DNA from: Octopus vulgaris
Lineage: Eukaryota
Direction: 5' to 3'
NCBI GenBank assembly: GCA_951406725.2
Contig: OX597830.1
Location: 1,488,001-1,552,000 of the forward strand
Length of the DNA: 64,000 nt
Position numbers and translations under genes: made by a program. Shown here piece by piece: positions 27,091 through 41,457 of this stretch. How positions within the stretch are numbered: the stretch's first letter is position 1; the number at the start of each line of letters is the position of its first letter. The notes under the pieces were generated by a model. That model did not search any database. It was not told where the DNA came from and saw nothing but the letters and a program-made list of their open reading frames with translations.

Positions 27091-27541
27091 CACAGTATTT
27101 GAAACTGTTATTTGCTATATTTCTTGCATTATGGTACAGTATTTATGGCAGGCGATAAATAGGATAAAGCTTAACAGGGTCGCAAATTCAGGTAGAAGGT
27201 CTGTGCGTTTTAGGGCAGGATGAACATCAGTACTTTCGACGATACTGCTTATTTTGCTACTTTAATTTATTTATACAAATGAAGGAAGACAAATATGAAC
27301 ATGATTTGAACCCTGGACATTCCCCGACGAAACAAATAACAAGAAGCACTTTTTCCACTCAGCAATGTTACTCCCAATCCACTGTTAGAAAGGCAAGGAC
27401 TGTTACAAATATTACACTCGAAAATCAACGCAAATTTTCAATCCCTAATTATAAAAACGTCATTTGCTCATTTACTGAAGAAAATCTGGAATGTGCGCAT
27501 TCAAGAGTTATTTTTATACATATATACAGACATACACGTAT

Positions 27542-27578
<37 letters not shown>

Positions 27579-27695
27579 TGGCCTGCTCGCTTAGCCAGCG
27601 TGGTGGCGTCATTCGAAGGCTAAAACAATGCGAACGCATTGTGACCAGCGACGTGTAACTACATCTGATGGTCTGGTCGGTCACGTGATCACGTG

Positions 27696-27697
<2 letters not shown>
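27579..27697 (+). mobile_element. Short interspersed repeat (probable SINE 3' part) embedded in (TA)n
   Basis: GC-richer 120-bp island between TA runs, ending in GTCACGTGATCACGTGAT. Confidence 0.5.
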
Positions 27698-27737
<40 letters not shown>

Positions 27738-29092
27738 CTGTGCGTGTGTGTGTATGTATGTATGTACCTACATGTGTACTCATACATACACACACACATA
27801 GAGAGAGAGACGCACACATACATTCTCATCCACATCCGCATCCGCATATATGTCAATACGTAAATACACACAAACCTAAACACATCCTTCCATACGTGTT
27901 TCTTATGATTCAAGCAATCTTTCGAGAAAGGAAAACAATTGGATTTCTGTTCGTCAAACCAATTCCTGGAATATTCCTTACTCATCAGAAATAATACCAT
28001 GGAATATCATTTTCAAGTACATCTATGATCTTTTGGAATCTGCTGAGAGGTTTTGAAATAAGGCGTTTAAAAATATAGTGATGCTGGTGGTGGCAGAAGG
28101 GGCGGGTGATTGGAGCAGTTATTCTCTTTGTTAATCTTTGATGTTTAGCCACTGGACAATCCTGATTGATCAGAATTAACCACAAAGTTATTCCAAGCCA
28201 GACCATGCCACCTTATTTACGTAACGTGGGCCATAAATAAATACTACAAAATATCGTGTCTCCTCTAATGTTCTGACGATTTAACTAAATAATTATGCGC
28301 TAATTTCATGAATGATATAATCGCTTCTACTATAGTCACAAGGCCTGGATTTTGTGGGGTACTTGATTTATCGACCCCGAAAGGATGAAAGGCAAAGTCG
28401 ACCTCGGATTCTTAATGTAACACCGATGTTGTTATTAGTGTTGAGGCCGTGCTTTGTTCTGATTAAACTGGCGTTTCATAAAGATTCTCCAGCTTTGAAA
28501 ATTCTGTTTCTTTCTTGACACTTTGGAGAACAAAAAGTCAGTTCTTTAACAGAAACTGTAAAGCTCCGATTATGAGGAGATTTAATTACTATTTTTACAA
28601 ACTTCAGTGACCACATAGAGGCTGATTCTTTTGTACATACAACGTTCCCAAACTTTGAGTGGGAATGTCATAAACTTATTTATAATATTGCCGCACATAA
28701 TATAAAACCCAGTAATCCGCCAATAATACTTAGAAATTTAGGTAATAGCATTAATGAGTGTAAATCTATTTTGACGAGGAATGCTGTACTTCTCATTATT
28801 TCAAGGACTCATTAAAGAACAACTGCTTCAGAGACGGAATCCAGTGTATACAGAATAGCACTGATTCATATAAACGAATTCCACCACCCCGCCGCACACA
28901 CGTGCACAAACACACACACATACATATGTAAGAAGACACGCACACACATTCATAAATAGGAACACAAATTAATAAAAGACTTCATAGATATTTCCTTTCC
29001 ACTTGTTTTTCAATTGCTTTCGAAATAATGCAGAAATTTAGAATATAATCTTCTTTACGCATGCCAGACACGATATTCTCTTTCTCTCTCTG

Positions 29093-29166
<74 letters not shown>

Positions 29167-31390
29167 ATACATATATATGTATGTATGTATGTTCTGCTCT
29201 TTATATTTGCGCTCACCTGCTATTTTACCGGATAAATTTTGCAGAAAGTAAAAATTATGTTTTCTACCTTGTTTCTACTCGAAGGTGAATAGGCAAAGTT
29301 CACAAGATTTAACCTCGGATATTTTGTCATTGTTCTTAAAGATCCATTATTAGCTTCTAAGGATTTCATACTCCAAGCTGCTCTCATACTTTTACACCGT
29401 GGTTTCAGTATATTCCACCTTAGTGTCGTGCACTAATAACAGTATGATATACAAAACCACGGAACGGGGCAGACACCAACTGTCTCCACTTGATGTATTT
29501 CCAAAAACTCTGCCAACAACTGTTACCAATCCTAAACATCTCTGAACGAACTATAACAACTTGTCGACAATTCCCTGTAACTCCACGGACGACATCTTTC
29601 GACTTTCTGCGATTTCCCATCCCTCGCTCCTAGTCGAACACTTTGCTTACTTATACGAGTTCGGCTAGTCCATTCTTACAGGGGGTGTCATGATTCTCGC
29701 CATAACACCTACAGTACTTTTTTTCATTTTACTTTGTTTTCCTCTGTTGGTCAATTCACTATAATTCATCTTGCGATTTATATAGAAAGTTCTACATCAA
29801 TCACCCAGCGTGGTTGTCAAATGCTTTTATTTCTGTTCCTACAAAATTGTTACTGCCTTGGAAGTCGCTCTTCCATAAGTGGTAACAATAACGAAATGGT
29901 AGACAGAGTGAGTCAGAAGTGAATTAATATCGTTCGATGCTTAACCCACTAGTCAAATACTAGGGTCAGTTTCACTGACTAACCAATTCCTCCCAAATTA
30001 CTGATTCTTGTATCTATATTAGAAAGAAATAGTATTACTAATAAGGCTCTTTTACTTCAATACCAGCATTCCATACTCGCTACTATAACGAACTGGGTGG
30101 ATTTCATTGAATGACTCCCTCCCTTTAATTTTGTGACGCAATTAAAATGTTATGAATTTTCAAGGGATTTAAATTAAAAGAATCGCTCAAGCATCGGACA
30201 TATTGTTGCCATGCAATATTTGTTCTACCATTTTCTTCAAATCCCGCTGACGTCAAATTAGCCTTCTATTATTTGGGGCTTGATAAAATGAACTATCATG
30301 TAAATATAGAATAGGTTTAATAGACCATTTCTGCAATCAACTCTTCTCCCCACGTAGCTATTTTGGTAGTCCGTATTATATGATCATTTTATTTATTATA
30401 AAAAAATAGTAATTATTAGTATTATTGCAGCATAGTTTTACTATTATTTTTCACTGGAATCTTCTAGCTGAGAACTTAAAATATATTTTGTTTGTTGCTG
30501 TTGATTTTTGCTTCTTTTTATTATAAACTTATTCCTCCATTGAGTGATTAAGAAGAAAGCAGCATTTTAATTTGTAGATGAAACTGGACACCGAAGCTAC
30601 ATCAGAGACAGCTGGCAGCGGTATAATGTAGACAGGTGACGAGGAAAACCGAAGAAAGTGTTGAGAAATTAAACTGAAATTAATATGTTTGTCCTTTTAT
30701 TTATACTAATTTGTTTAAATATCAAAATAATTAATGCTGTATCAAGTTTACTTTTAATTAATCTAAAGTGAAATTATTAATAACAAATGTACTTTTTGCT
30801 CTCTTCTAATTAATTATTCTCTATCTTTCAATATATTAGTAAAAATTAAATTTTCCCCTAAAATGTGCTTTTTGTAACATTTTTTAAAGTTTTAAATTCA
30901 TATATGTGTGTGCATGCCTGTGTGCGTGTGTGTGTAGACACATAGATATGTAGGTATACACAAATACACACACAAAATTTAGCATTTAAAAGTATTTTAT
31001 TGTTATTTTCCTCAGAAATATAAAAATCAAGTTAGCAACAAACAATTTAAATTATTGAAGTAGAAATATGGTCGTAGTGTTTTTTGATGAGAAACTAATG
31101 TCAAAATTATACAGCAGTGAAGGAAAAACATTGTTGTAATTGGGCTATTATTTTCAACAATCAGGCGACATGAATAGTTTTCTTGGTGACACCAACAACA
31201 CTACCGTCACCATTTCGATGATGATGATGATGAGAGGAGGAGGGAAAGCATGACGAGGATAATCATCATCATCGTCGTAGTTAACAACAACATCACTGCA
31301 ATTAGCAATGATGAAGCTATTTTATAATTAGAGTATATATTATAGTGGCTGCATCCACCATTCTGTTATCCTAAACGTTTCTAGCAGCCA

Positions 31391-31422
<32 letters not shown>

Positions 31423-31649
31423 AATTCTTCAATATTAGAATATATAAGATCATATGCAGCTGTACTTAAGACCATGTAGTTATGCACACTTGCATGGGCA
31501 CGTATATATATATAAGTGTGTGGGTGTGTATGCGTGCATGTGTGTGTGTGTGTGTGTATGTATGTATAGGGTATTAGAAGACACTAGATTATCAGTATAT
31601 TATTCCCTTCAAACCTATTTAAAATGGGTTTTTTTTTTATTTGTTTCAG

Positions 31650-33560
31650 AACCGCAATGGCCGATGAAATGCTAACACAAGAAATGAAAAGATATGCATT
31701 GTTAGTCTATATACAGAACACAGAAATTCAGATTTTGGCATCTTTCTAAATGGTGCAACACCTATTGTACTCAAATTTAAATGGAATTATGAGGCCTGAA
31801 GCAAGAATGTTTAAACTTTACGAATGTAAAAACCAATAAATATTAAATAAATAAAAGAAACAGAAATCAAAAGACATTATCAATGTTTGTGCTCAATAAA
31901 TGCACCACAAGTTATGAAACGGGCCCAAAGTATTTACGAAGATAATCCTGGAAAAGCAATGAGTACCATTGCTAAAGAACTGTAGCAGTCGGAGTGGACT
32001 AGCAAAACTGTGGTGCGTGAAGATATTCGATGCTAGACATACGATTGACGAGAAGTTAATTCATGTCTCAAAGATACAGGAAAACAATTTGATCCGTGCC
32101 AAGCGGTTACTTAAGAAGATTAAAACTCTTCCCCAACATTGCGAACATCATTTGATTGTTCGCTTTTGCGAAAAAAATTAACTAAGACCAAAAGTTTAAC
32201 ACAAGAAATGACAGATGGTTCCCAAAAGTGACCGGAAACGTTCACTGTAGGACAAGCTCTTTGTATTTCGAGCTTCCACTGCTAGAAGGCACTTGATGCA
32301 AACCTCAGGCATCACTCTGCCGATCGGCGGTGTCCAGTGAGGTCATATTGCCACGTGATGCGTTTTTGTTTTGCAGTGCTTCTCAACTGGTCGTCGAGTT
32401 TTGCGATGGCTGAAACGAAACAAATGCATTCTTCTGTGAAATTCTGTTTTCTATTGTCAAAACAGTTGTCGCGCTTCCAACAGCTTACAAGGCCACTGCC
32501 ATGGATAAAACACAAGTTTACGAGTTTGTCTTTATTCTTTAGGAATGGTCACTTGTCGCTTTAAGACCAACCTCGTTTAGGGCGACTGTCGACCTCCAAA
32601 ACGAAAACATGGAAATTCATGAACTGATCATGGAGGATTGACAGCAAACAACTGACAAACTTGTTGATATGACTGGTGTCTCCTGAAGCTCCCATCAACG
32701 AATTTTGTGCCAGGAACTGAGAATGAAAAGTTACAGCAAAATTTGTGCCTCGCTTGCTCACGGAAGATGGAAAAGAAGTCACAACTGTATGCATGTCACG
32801 AATAAAAAGAACAGTTAGAAGTTGATCAGGGCCTTTTTTCGAAGGTCAACACTGGTGATGAAAGCTGGCACTACGGAATTTTCAGATGTGGCAGAGGTGA
32901 AAAAAACCCCACCGAGGCGTTAAAAAGCATCACTTCGCAAGATTTCCAGCATTGCTTCGGACAATAGAAATCTCGTCTGGACTGATACATTGCTTCAAAT
33001 GGAGAATATGTTGGAGGCAATAGAATTGTAAACATGTAAAACTAGGTGAATAAAATAACTTTGCAAATTTGCGGTTTCTTTTGGGTCCCCCTTGGAAGGT
33101 AGCTTCTTCTGATGTACCCGGAGTGATAGACTCCTTGATTCCAGAAACTACAATAGTCTTAGGAGTGAAGAATAAAGGTCAGGTTATGTCACCTCACATC
33201 TTTTCACGGGGTCTCAGAATGAATGTTGCTAGATTCGTTGCGGTATCGGAGACTGTTTTTAGATGAAGTACACAGTGAAATGCCATAAGTGTTTAAAAAC
33301 TATTCATCATCTCACAGAGCTCACATGACCCACGAATGGATGTCAAACAATTTTTACGATCTTGTTGGCGTGACACTTATGAAGCCCAAACTCACCCGTT
33401 TTAAACTCCTATGGACTACGACGATTCGAGAATTGATGAACAGGAGACTTATAGACATCTTTATATCACAATCATTTCAATGAAGGCCATTTCAATAAGA
33501 AGGCTTGGTAGAACCTAACAGGTTATAAAAACAGGAATTACGAAACAAACCACGTTGTAA
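31650..33560 (+). mobile_element. Degenerate Tc1-like relic interrupted by a mariner
   Basis: Transposase-like remnants on both sides of 32.2-33.1 kb (e.g. GQVMSPHIF, SSSHRAHMTHEWM). Confidence 0.4.
32217..33093 (+). mobile_element. Degenerate mariner transposon
   Basis: AKFVPRLLT (~32735-32762) and TGDESW (~32850-32868) motifs. Imperfect TIRs CCCAAAAGTGACCGGAA / TTGCGGTTTCTTTTGGG. Confidence 0.7.
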
Positions 33561-35844
33561 AATCAAATACTAGACCTTGTTATTGCGAAGCGAACTTCTT
33601 TGCTATTCTAAGAATATTTTTTTTAAATATAACCGCAAGATATTACCGATTCTAAGTTTGATAATGTGATAAATGCAAACATCTCTTAAGACTAATTCTT
33701 GTTTGGAAGACTTGAGGAGAATCGAATGCAAATTTTACTCCATTAGAAATTGTACTCAAAATATAAGCTCTTCAAAGTCGATCTAAAGTACACAACCGAT
33801 CAAACTATAATCTCGACTAGACACATGGTTCTACTTTCATTTCTTTAATAATATTTTTCCCTTCTTTTTGCTACATTTTTAAAATATATAACCAGTGAAA
33901 AATATATAAAAGCAATTGAAAAGAAGAGTAAAAAAGACAAAGGCAAAAAGAATGGAAACCGGCAATGTACATTAATTTTGATTTAAGCTACAAATTTGAG
34001 TGTTAGAATATCTCAACCTTCAATCTATCTAGAATATACACAAGAAAATAGCGCAGTATTATGAGAACATAAACTATAGAACTGTCAAATTCTTAAGAAA
34101 TTATGTCTCTGGGTTTATCACGTGCTTTCAATTCTTTTTCCTTTCCTTCTTTCTTTCTTGTTTATGTTGCTGTTCAGAAAGTTAGATGTTTCTTTTAGTT
34201 CTTCTAGACAATAGAAAGATAACTCTGTAGCGAAAACACGAAGCAGAGAAATATAATTTATTTCAGGGTTGGTTTAGAGATATTTCAAATGATTTCTACC
34301 TATAATTATGATTTCTATCGAGATTGTTTAAATAACGAACAACAAACAATAAATAAACTGGAGTGGGTGTGAGTCGGAGCAGAGATTCAAATGACTCCCC
34401 ACTCTCCCGTTTGGCCCTGTTTGTTGCCATTCTTAGTGGTTGATACGATGATACAACAGGTAAACCTGGTGGATGTAGCTGTCCCGCTTCCCTTAAACCA
34501 TATTCTTCTCTGGTAATTAAGAATAACTCATATATACTGTGTCTGAATATATTATTATATGACAGTCATGGGTGGAATGTCTGTGACACAATGACAGCTC
34601 TGTCATTGCTAATGACTTAAAACTAAATATTAATAAAAATGTCTGTGGAATTTAGTTATGCCCCTCAAAATAGCGAGTTCAAATTACGCATACGAGTGGC
34701 TTTCTCTGTTGTTGCGAAGATCATTGCATGAAGTACTAAATGAACTGCCAACCGACATTTTGAACCCTCTTGGATTGCGGTCAACGGAGCTGTATTGGAA
34801 TTTGGGGGAGAATTTTAAAGGATAGAGTTGCTTGGTGAGTGAAGGGCGCTGTTAGGATGTGGGTGGTTTGAGTGCGGATTCTGAGAGGATGCGTGAAAGT
34901 GTACGTGAAGAAACTTAACTGATCTTATTTGGTTTATGTTAATGCTTAACTGATTAACAACCCAATGCGAGCACCTGTTTACATACATACATCATTATAT
35001 ACACACATCCATGCACACACACATATCACATGAAATATCCTCTATAAACGATTAGCCTTATCTTAATATAAGAAATGTTATCACATTTTTGCAAAACTTT
35101 CAAGGATGAACTGAATTGTGTCTAATACTAATATTTAGATAACTTCGTTTGTATTCTGATCCCAAATGCCACTAGAGTTCATTTCGTATTTTTTTATCTT
35201 TTATAATTTGCTTTATATGTCCCATTCTTTCAAACTCCAGTCATATACTGCGATATGAATGAATGCACCATATTTTACATAAGATTTTTTAATTTTCGAT
35301 CCTTCGTGGTTTGCCACTCACATCTTAATGACGTCATTGCTGTTATTCACTGAACTATCTTTGTCTCTCCGCGAACCACATCTGCCACTTGTTTGTGCAA
35401 CGATTAAGTCTTTACGTGTTCGCTTGATATCATAAAAATAAAACCGTCTTTAAAGTGGGAAGGACATACAGATCCATGTAGTCGAATATATATATTATAA
35501 GATTGATTCTTCGTTGCTGAAATACTTGACATGATTTGCTCAACTAGGACTAATTCAAACTTAATCAACAAGAACACTAAAAATATCTCATCGACGCAGA
35601 CACTATTGAGTCATTCTTTTAATTCTGTAGTTTCTACAACAGCCTTTTTCTGTTCTGGACTACCTTGTTACACATCACCTTCATCTGAATCCACTCATCA
35701 CAATCCCCTCTCTTTGTCTCTCACTCTCTCTTTCAATCCTACTCTTTTCCTCTCACCTTCTACCTCTCGTCAACCTTAAGTGTGTGTATATGCTTGCGTC
35801 TACAAAAGGTATTAATGTCGGTGAAACCCTTGTATAACATTTAG

Positions 35845-35990
35845 TAGGCACAGACGTGGCTGTGTGGTAAGCAGTTTCTTTCCCAACCACATAGCTTGGG
35901 TTCAGTCTCACTATTTGGCATAATGGACAGTCCCGTGCTGACGAAAGCCTTCTGAATAAAATTAGTGCACGAAGACTGAAAAGCGCGTCC
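35845..35990 (+). mobile_element. tRNA-derived SINE head
   Basis: A-box TGGCTGTGTGGT and B-box-like GGGTTCAGTCTC. Confidence 0.6.
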
Positions 35991-36229
35991 GTTTAGATAT
36001 ATATATGTATATATATTTAATAATAATCAGAAATATTAAATTTCTAAATATCTCATAGAGATATGTACGGTGGTGGGGGTGATAGAATGGTTGTATACTG
36101 TCAATTTAACGTGACAGTAGGGGATTACACCACCGCTGTTTAGCCCTAGGAAGCATCTACGCTTCCTGTCGGCTTCGACACATTTCCTGTGTCCTTATAT
36201 ATTTATGAAGGGAAGACAAATACTCCCAA

Positions 36230-36311
36230 CAGCTAGGCCTGCATCTAGAGACACGCATGTTTCAGGGTCTTTGCCCATCATCGGTCTAGAGTAGCAGAAG
36301 CCTGCTAGCTG
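36230..36311 (-). ncRNA. Minimal type I hammerhead ribozyme
   Basis: TCTAGA-CCGATGA-TGGGCAAAGACCCT-GAAAC-ATGCGT-GTC^TCTAGA. Stem I extends through CTGC/GCAG, GGC/GCC and CAGCTAG/CTAGCTG. Confidence 0.8.
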
Positions 36312-36658
36312 CAGATGAAATCTTTATTAAAATCATGCGATTTTACATAGAATTGGACATCACAAGACAAACAATTACAAAGAATATTATGAGAGTTCGA
36401 ATGATACTTAAAAATTATAAAAATTTAATTATAATGTAACTTGAACGAAAACTTGGCTTACTTTCGCCTTTATAACGAGAACTTTAGTGCGTGTTTTTTT
36501 TTTAACAAAAAAAAATCATTAGACATTTTACATATGTTAATCATTTTCATTTTACATATGTTAATATGTAAAATGAAAAGGAATGGGAAGTGCCGGTTTC
36601 GAATTTTGAACCCGGCAGCTTATAAGGCCCAGCAACTAATTTTTCCTTTCTTCGATGA

Positions 36659-39600
36659 TTAAGCTGGGTTACTAACAACCACCTTTCTCATCACATCCTT
36701 CCAACGTTTCATATACTCTTTCTTTGGCAGGCTCTTCAGATGATATCTGAAGTATTTTAACAAACCGGAGCCAGAGACAAAGGATCCTGTCACTAAACCT
36801 TCCATTCTGGTTCTCCACACACACTCTTTCAGAACTGTCACCGTACAGTAAAAACAAGCCTTACCTTCCTTTGGGAGTCCAGTTGGCGTTATCATCTTTA
36901 TCATAGATCCAGCCGACAGCTGTACTCGTCCCAGATACGACATGTGTTCAATGTAACTAATCAAGCTTGACAGCTCCCGACATTGTACAAAAGCGTGTTG
37001 AACGGTTTCATCGTCCAACCCACATCTTGGACATGTCGGTGGCACTGACATTCCGTGCCTGGATAACTCCTTGCGAACAGGTAATGCATTCCTATAGCAC
37101 TGCCAGGTCAGGGATTTTTGGTAATTGTCCAAATACCCCGGCCTGAAAGTCTTCTTAAACAGGTTGGAGAGTTGATTCTCATCGAACCCCAGAGCCCCTC
37201 CTAGGACGTCGTCATTTTTTGCCTCTACCAGCCCTCTATAGAACACCGAGGTGGTATTCCCGCTGCCGGCCTTGCCCACCTTGTGGATTAGCCAGAGTGC
37301 CTGTCGGCACTCCTTCTGCCATAAAGTCAGGTTAGTCTTTTAATGAAACCGGGTTTAAATCTCTCCATAGAGGCCGGTCGCGGGAAGAATTTCTCTGCCA
37401 GCGGACTCCACACCTTATCACCCTCCAGGTGACACCAGAGATGTTTCAGCCTCAACGCATGCCTGCGCATCATTAGCCGAGGCATCCCCAGCCCACCCTT
37501 TAGCGGTTCCTGGCAACACGCGGAGCGTCTTACAAGTGGCTTTCCTCCTTTCCACAAAAAGCGGAAAAGGAGTCGTTCCAACTTGTTTAACCACGAATCG
37601 GGGCAAGGCACGACGGTCAGGCGGTAGGTGACGACAGAGGCTATAAACATCTGTACCACCTCCGCCCTCCCTTTCAATGAAAGATGCCTTCCGGACCACT
37701 TCCGTACTATAGCTTCTACCTTGTTCGCTACCTCGCTCCAATTCTTCTCCGTCTGGGAGTCTGGACCAAACCAAACTCCGAGCAATTTAACAGGACCATC
37801 TGTCCAGTGTCCAACAACACTGGACAATATCGGCTTGTTCCTCCAGGTGCCGAGGCGCAAACCGGTGGACTTGTCCTTGTTAACTTCGTATCTTCGGAGA
37901 GCACCTTCTACACGAGTTAGCTGTGCTTCGTTGGACACAATGTGGGTGACGTCATCCGCATAGGCAGAAATAGACTTACCGCATCCGATTTCATTAGGGT
38001 TGCTTCCCAACTTCTCCAACTTCCGCAGCAATGGCTCAAGAGCCAAAACATACAGGAGCGGGGACAAGGGACACCCTTGACGAACTGAACGCTTGATCGA
38101 AAGCGGCTCCGTTAGGTAACCGTTTATCTGGATTTTGGACTTGATGCCGCTGTACATAGCTGAGATCCACCCGCAAAAGCCAGTGCCCAGCCCAGCCGCC
38201 CCGAGGACAGTCGCGACGTACCGATGGTCTACCCTATCGAACGCTTTACTTTGGTCTAAACGGACCAATGCCCCTCCTTTGCCGGCTAATTTCCCGACCT
38301 TGTCTATAGTGTAGCGGAGAAGGTGAAGATTATCCTGGATCGACCTGCCTGGGATTGCACATTTCTGTGGCATCCCGACAAGTTTCTCCACGACAGCCGT
38401 CAACCTTTTTGCTAACACCTTGGCCAAAATCTTAAACTCTACATTAAGTAGAGTTATGGGCCTATAATTACTAATCCTATCCCTCTTGTTCGGGTCTTTC
38501 TGGACCAGCGTCACAACTCCCCGGCTCACAGAACTGGAAATCCTCCCATTATGTTGCCAGTTCGCATAGACTCCCGCCAGTATATCTCCGAACAAGTCCG
38601 GCATACAACAATAGAACTCATTGGGCTGACCATCTAACCCCGGCGACTTTTCCCCGGCGCAACCGGCCATAACCTCTCTTACCTCCGTGGGAGAGATCGA
38701 TCCTTCACAGCATTCCGCCTCACGTGTCGAGAGCCGCGGCCCACCGGCTAGGAAGTCCTTTAAGGCCTCCCCTCGCTCGAGCGGACCGCCATCCCCAAAC
38801 AACCAGCATTTGTCCATAGATCTTGCGATCCTGCTCGTCAGTGAAAGACCTTAATACAGTACTTTTTGCCCTCCTGACTCTCCTCACGACGGGCCCATCC
38901 GGCAACGTTAATACCTTCTCATTTTCCTGTACGTAACTTAGCTCTGACTCTACACCCCTCATGCTTGGCGTTGAGGTGACGGTACAAGACCGTTCTCGCT
39001 GCTAACACTCCAGATGTACAGCCAGATTCCATTGCCTCGTCTAAGATCTTAACGAATTCGCCCTATCTAAACTTAGCTGCTTGCTAAATCTAATGGACTC
39101 CAAACGGATGGCTCTTTTGAGGGCGAGCCACCATCTATTATTAATGATGGTGCCACATAATGCCCTCTGGACTAATTCCTTAATCCGGCTGCGGAAAGTT
39201 TCACCAGTCAAAATAGACTTGTTCATTTTCCAGTACCCGGGACCCTGTCTATGGCATTTATCTACCTGTACCTCACACGTCACAAGTTTGTGATCCGTGT
39301 AAGGCACAACAGAAAATTGTGGACAGCTAACACTATTCTTATCTCGTTCCTTAACAAATACTCTATCTATGTACGATCTGCGTGAGCCGTCGTTATTACT
39401 CAACGTCCACTGTAGAAAGTTCGGCTTATCCAGTCGAAAACGGTCTACTAGATTAAAGCTCTCTAGTAGAGCCTTGAGGCAAGGATTCCCTTTCCTATCG
39501 TTCGAGCCTACACTATCAACCCGCGCAGCGAGAATAGTGTTGAAATCCCCTACCAAGACTACCGTTTTAGACGTCACTAGAAAGTGATCCAGGTCCCGAT

Positions 39601-39949
39601 AAAAACCGGTTTGCCCACACCCATTAGGAGCGTAGACAGCTACCAACCTGAAAGACTGCTTACTCACGTGAGTCACAACCAGCCTACCTTCTGAGTCCAG
39701 AAAGACAGTACTTACCTGTAAGTCCAAGTTATTCCTGATAAAGACTGCCACGCCTGCACCTCACCCTCGGCTAGGAGAAATAAATTTCTTGTAGCCATTG
39801 AGAAGTGGCGAGAACGATTATGGTCCTTTCATCTTGGACTCGGTGACAATAGCCACATCGATTCTATGTGAAATTAGGTCGTCCAGCAAACAAGCCTGTT
39901 TCCATTTCGACCCCATTCCACCCACATTTATACAGCCTAACTTAATCAT
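36659..39949 (-). pseudogene. ORF2: AP-like endonuclease, reverse transcriptase and C-terminal Cys/His domain (frameshifted)
   Basis: APE: MIKLGCINVGG...DVAIVTE, VYAPN, VGDFN, SYIDRVF, TDHK. RT: KSPGLDG, NYRPITLLN, LDQSKAFDRVDH, RQGCPLSP, YADD. C-terminus: CPRCGLDDETVQHAFVQC. Confidence 0.93.
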
Positions 39950-39971
39950 CGAAGAAAGAAAAATAATTTAC

Positions 39972-41457
39972 TTACGGTTGCGAGAGGGAGCATGACAGGT
40001 TATGTCCGCCTGCCTTCCCCACACTCTCCGTTGTTGCTGGGTATTTCACCGGCGTTGCCACCGGGCTCTGGGTTGGTGTGGCTGCCGGGCTGATATGCAC
40101 TCTACCAGCTATCACCTTCTGGGTGAGATCCTTAATGAAACCGTCCTTTACATGTTGGAAGAGTCTCTCCTTCCATTCCTCCTCGCCGACTCTTGCGTAT
40201 CTCCATTCCGGGTCCTTCTCTGTCGTTTTAAAGCATTTGATTTCAGTTCTTGTTTTCACGAACCTCACAACTCTCTCATTTCTCGTATTATAAGCTATAC
40301 ACTTATCATTTGATTTAAACCCTTTTAAAGTTGGGGTGGGGTTTATTGAATTGCTGTCCTACAAACGTAGTACCAGCGGGATGGGATTGGAAAATTTTTT
40401 TATATTGATTTTGTTTTTTGTTTGGGGTGGAGAGTCAGGGTATTAGATTTTTTCTTTTTTGTTTGTCACAGTCGTATATTCCATTTCTTGTTGCTCATTT
40501 TTTTTGCTAGATTATTTTCCTCTTCCTTTTCTTTTTCGTTTTGTTTTTCATTCTTTTTGTCCTCTTTTTGAAATTCAGTTTGTTTTTTCTTTTCCGTGTT
40601 TTCTTTTGTTGTTGCTGTGTTGTCTGCTTTGTTGTTCTCTGTGTTTTTCACAGCGTTTTGAGGCAGGGCGTTGACCATTTTTTTTTTCGTACATACGGAG
40701 CGAACATGGCCTTTTTGCCCGCTCTTGAAACATCTGGGCCTGCGTCCCTCTACCGATACACGTATGGTATGCCCCTCCCCCACGAAGACCCTATCTGGCA
40801 AGCTTTCCTGCGTAGAATTTTCTACTTGAATAATCATCTCAAGCTGTTGGCCTTTCCAGTTTGTTGCCTCTTTCTTCCTCATGCTCAATATTGTTAATTT
40901 TTCCTCCACATCAAATATGACCGCTGTTGCCGCCCACATCACTTCGTATCCCTTTGGTATGTCCTCAATTGTAACTTTCGCCGTCCTACGCCCCAAATAC
41001 AAGGGAAGTAATAGGATATGTTCGCTTTTCAATGTTTGTGTTGACATTTCCTTCGCTACATCAGCCGACTCGAAATGAGCTTCTTTTGTAGCGCTTCTCG
41101 CACCTCGGCTGACGTAGCGAACCTTACTCCATATTGGCGCCATACACCTTTCGACTATATCATTTTTCACGTCGGTTATTCATTTTTCTTTTATATAATA
41201 TACTTTGTAAGTAACCGTCTTTTCTCGAATTGCCTCCATAGTTTCAGGGGGCGGTATTAATCGCGTTTCTTCACCGTTTTTTTAAAATTAACTTTCTGAA
41301 CTGGAAGAACTTTTCCATAGCCACTTCCAGCTCTACCACGTTGCCGCCTACGGCGTTCTGAGAAACTTGGTTTTGCCTGTGTAACCTTTTGTTTGTTATC
41401 GGTTGTGCCTTCTCCCATCTCGAGAAAATCTTTTTTTGAATTTAAGCCAAGTTCCAT
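39972..41457 (-). pseudogene. ORF1 of the Tx1-like LINE (Gag-like, zinc knuckle; frameshifted)
   Basis: LLLPLYLGRRTAKVTI and VSVEGRRPRCFKSGQKGHVRSVC (second Cys mutated), followed by a K/E/N-rich region. Confidence 0.85.
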
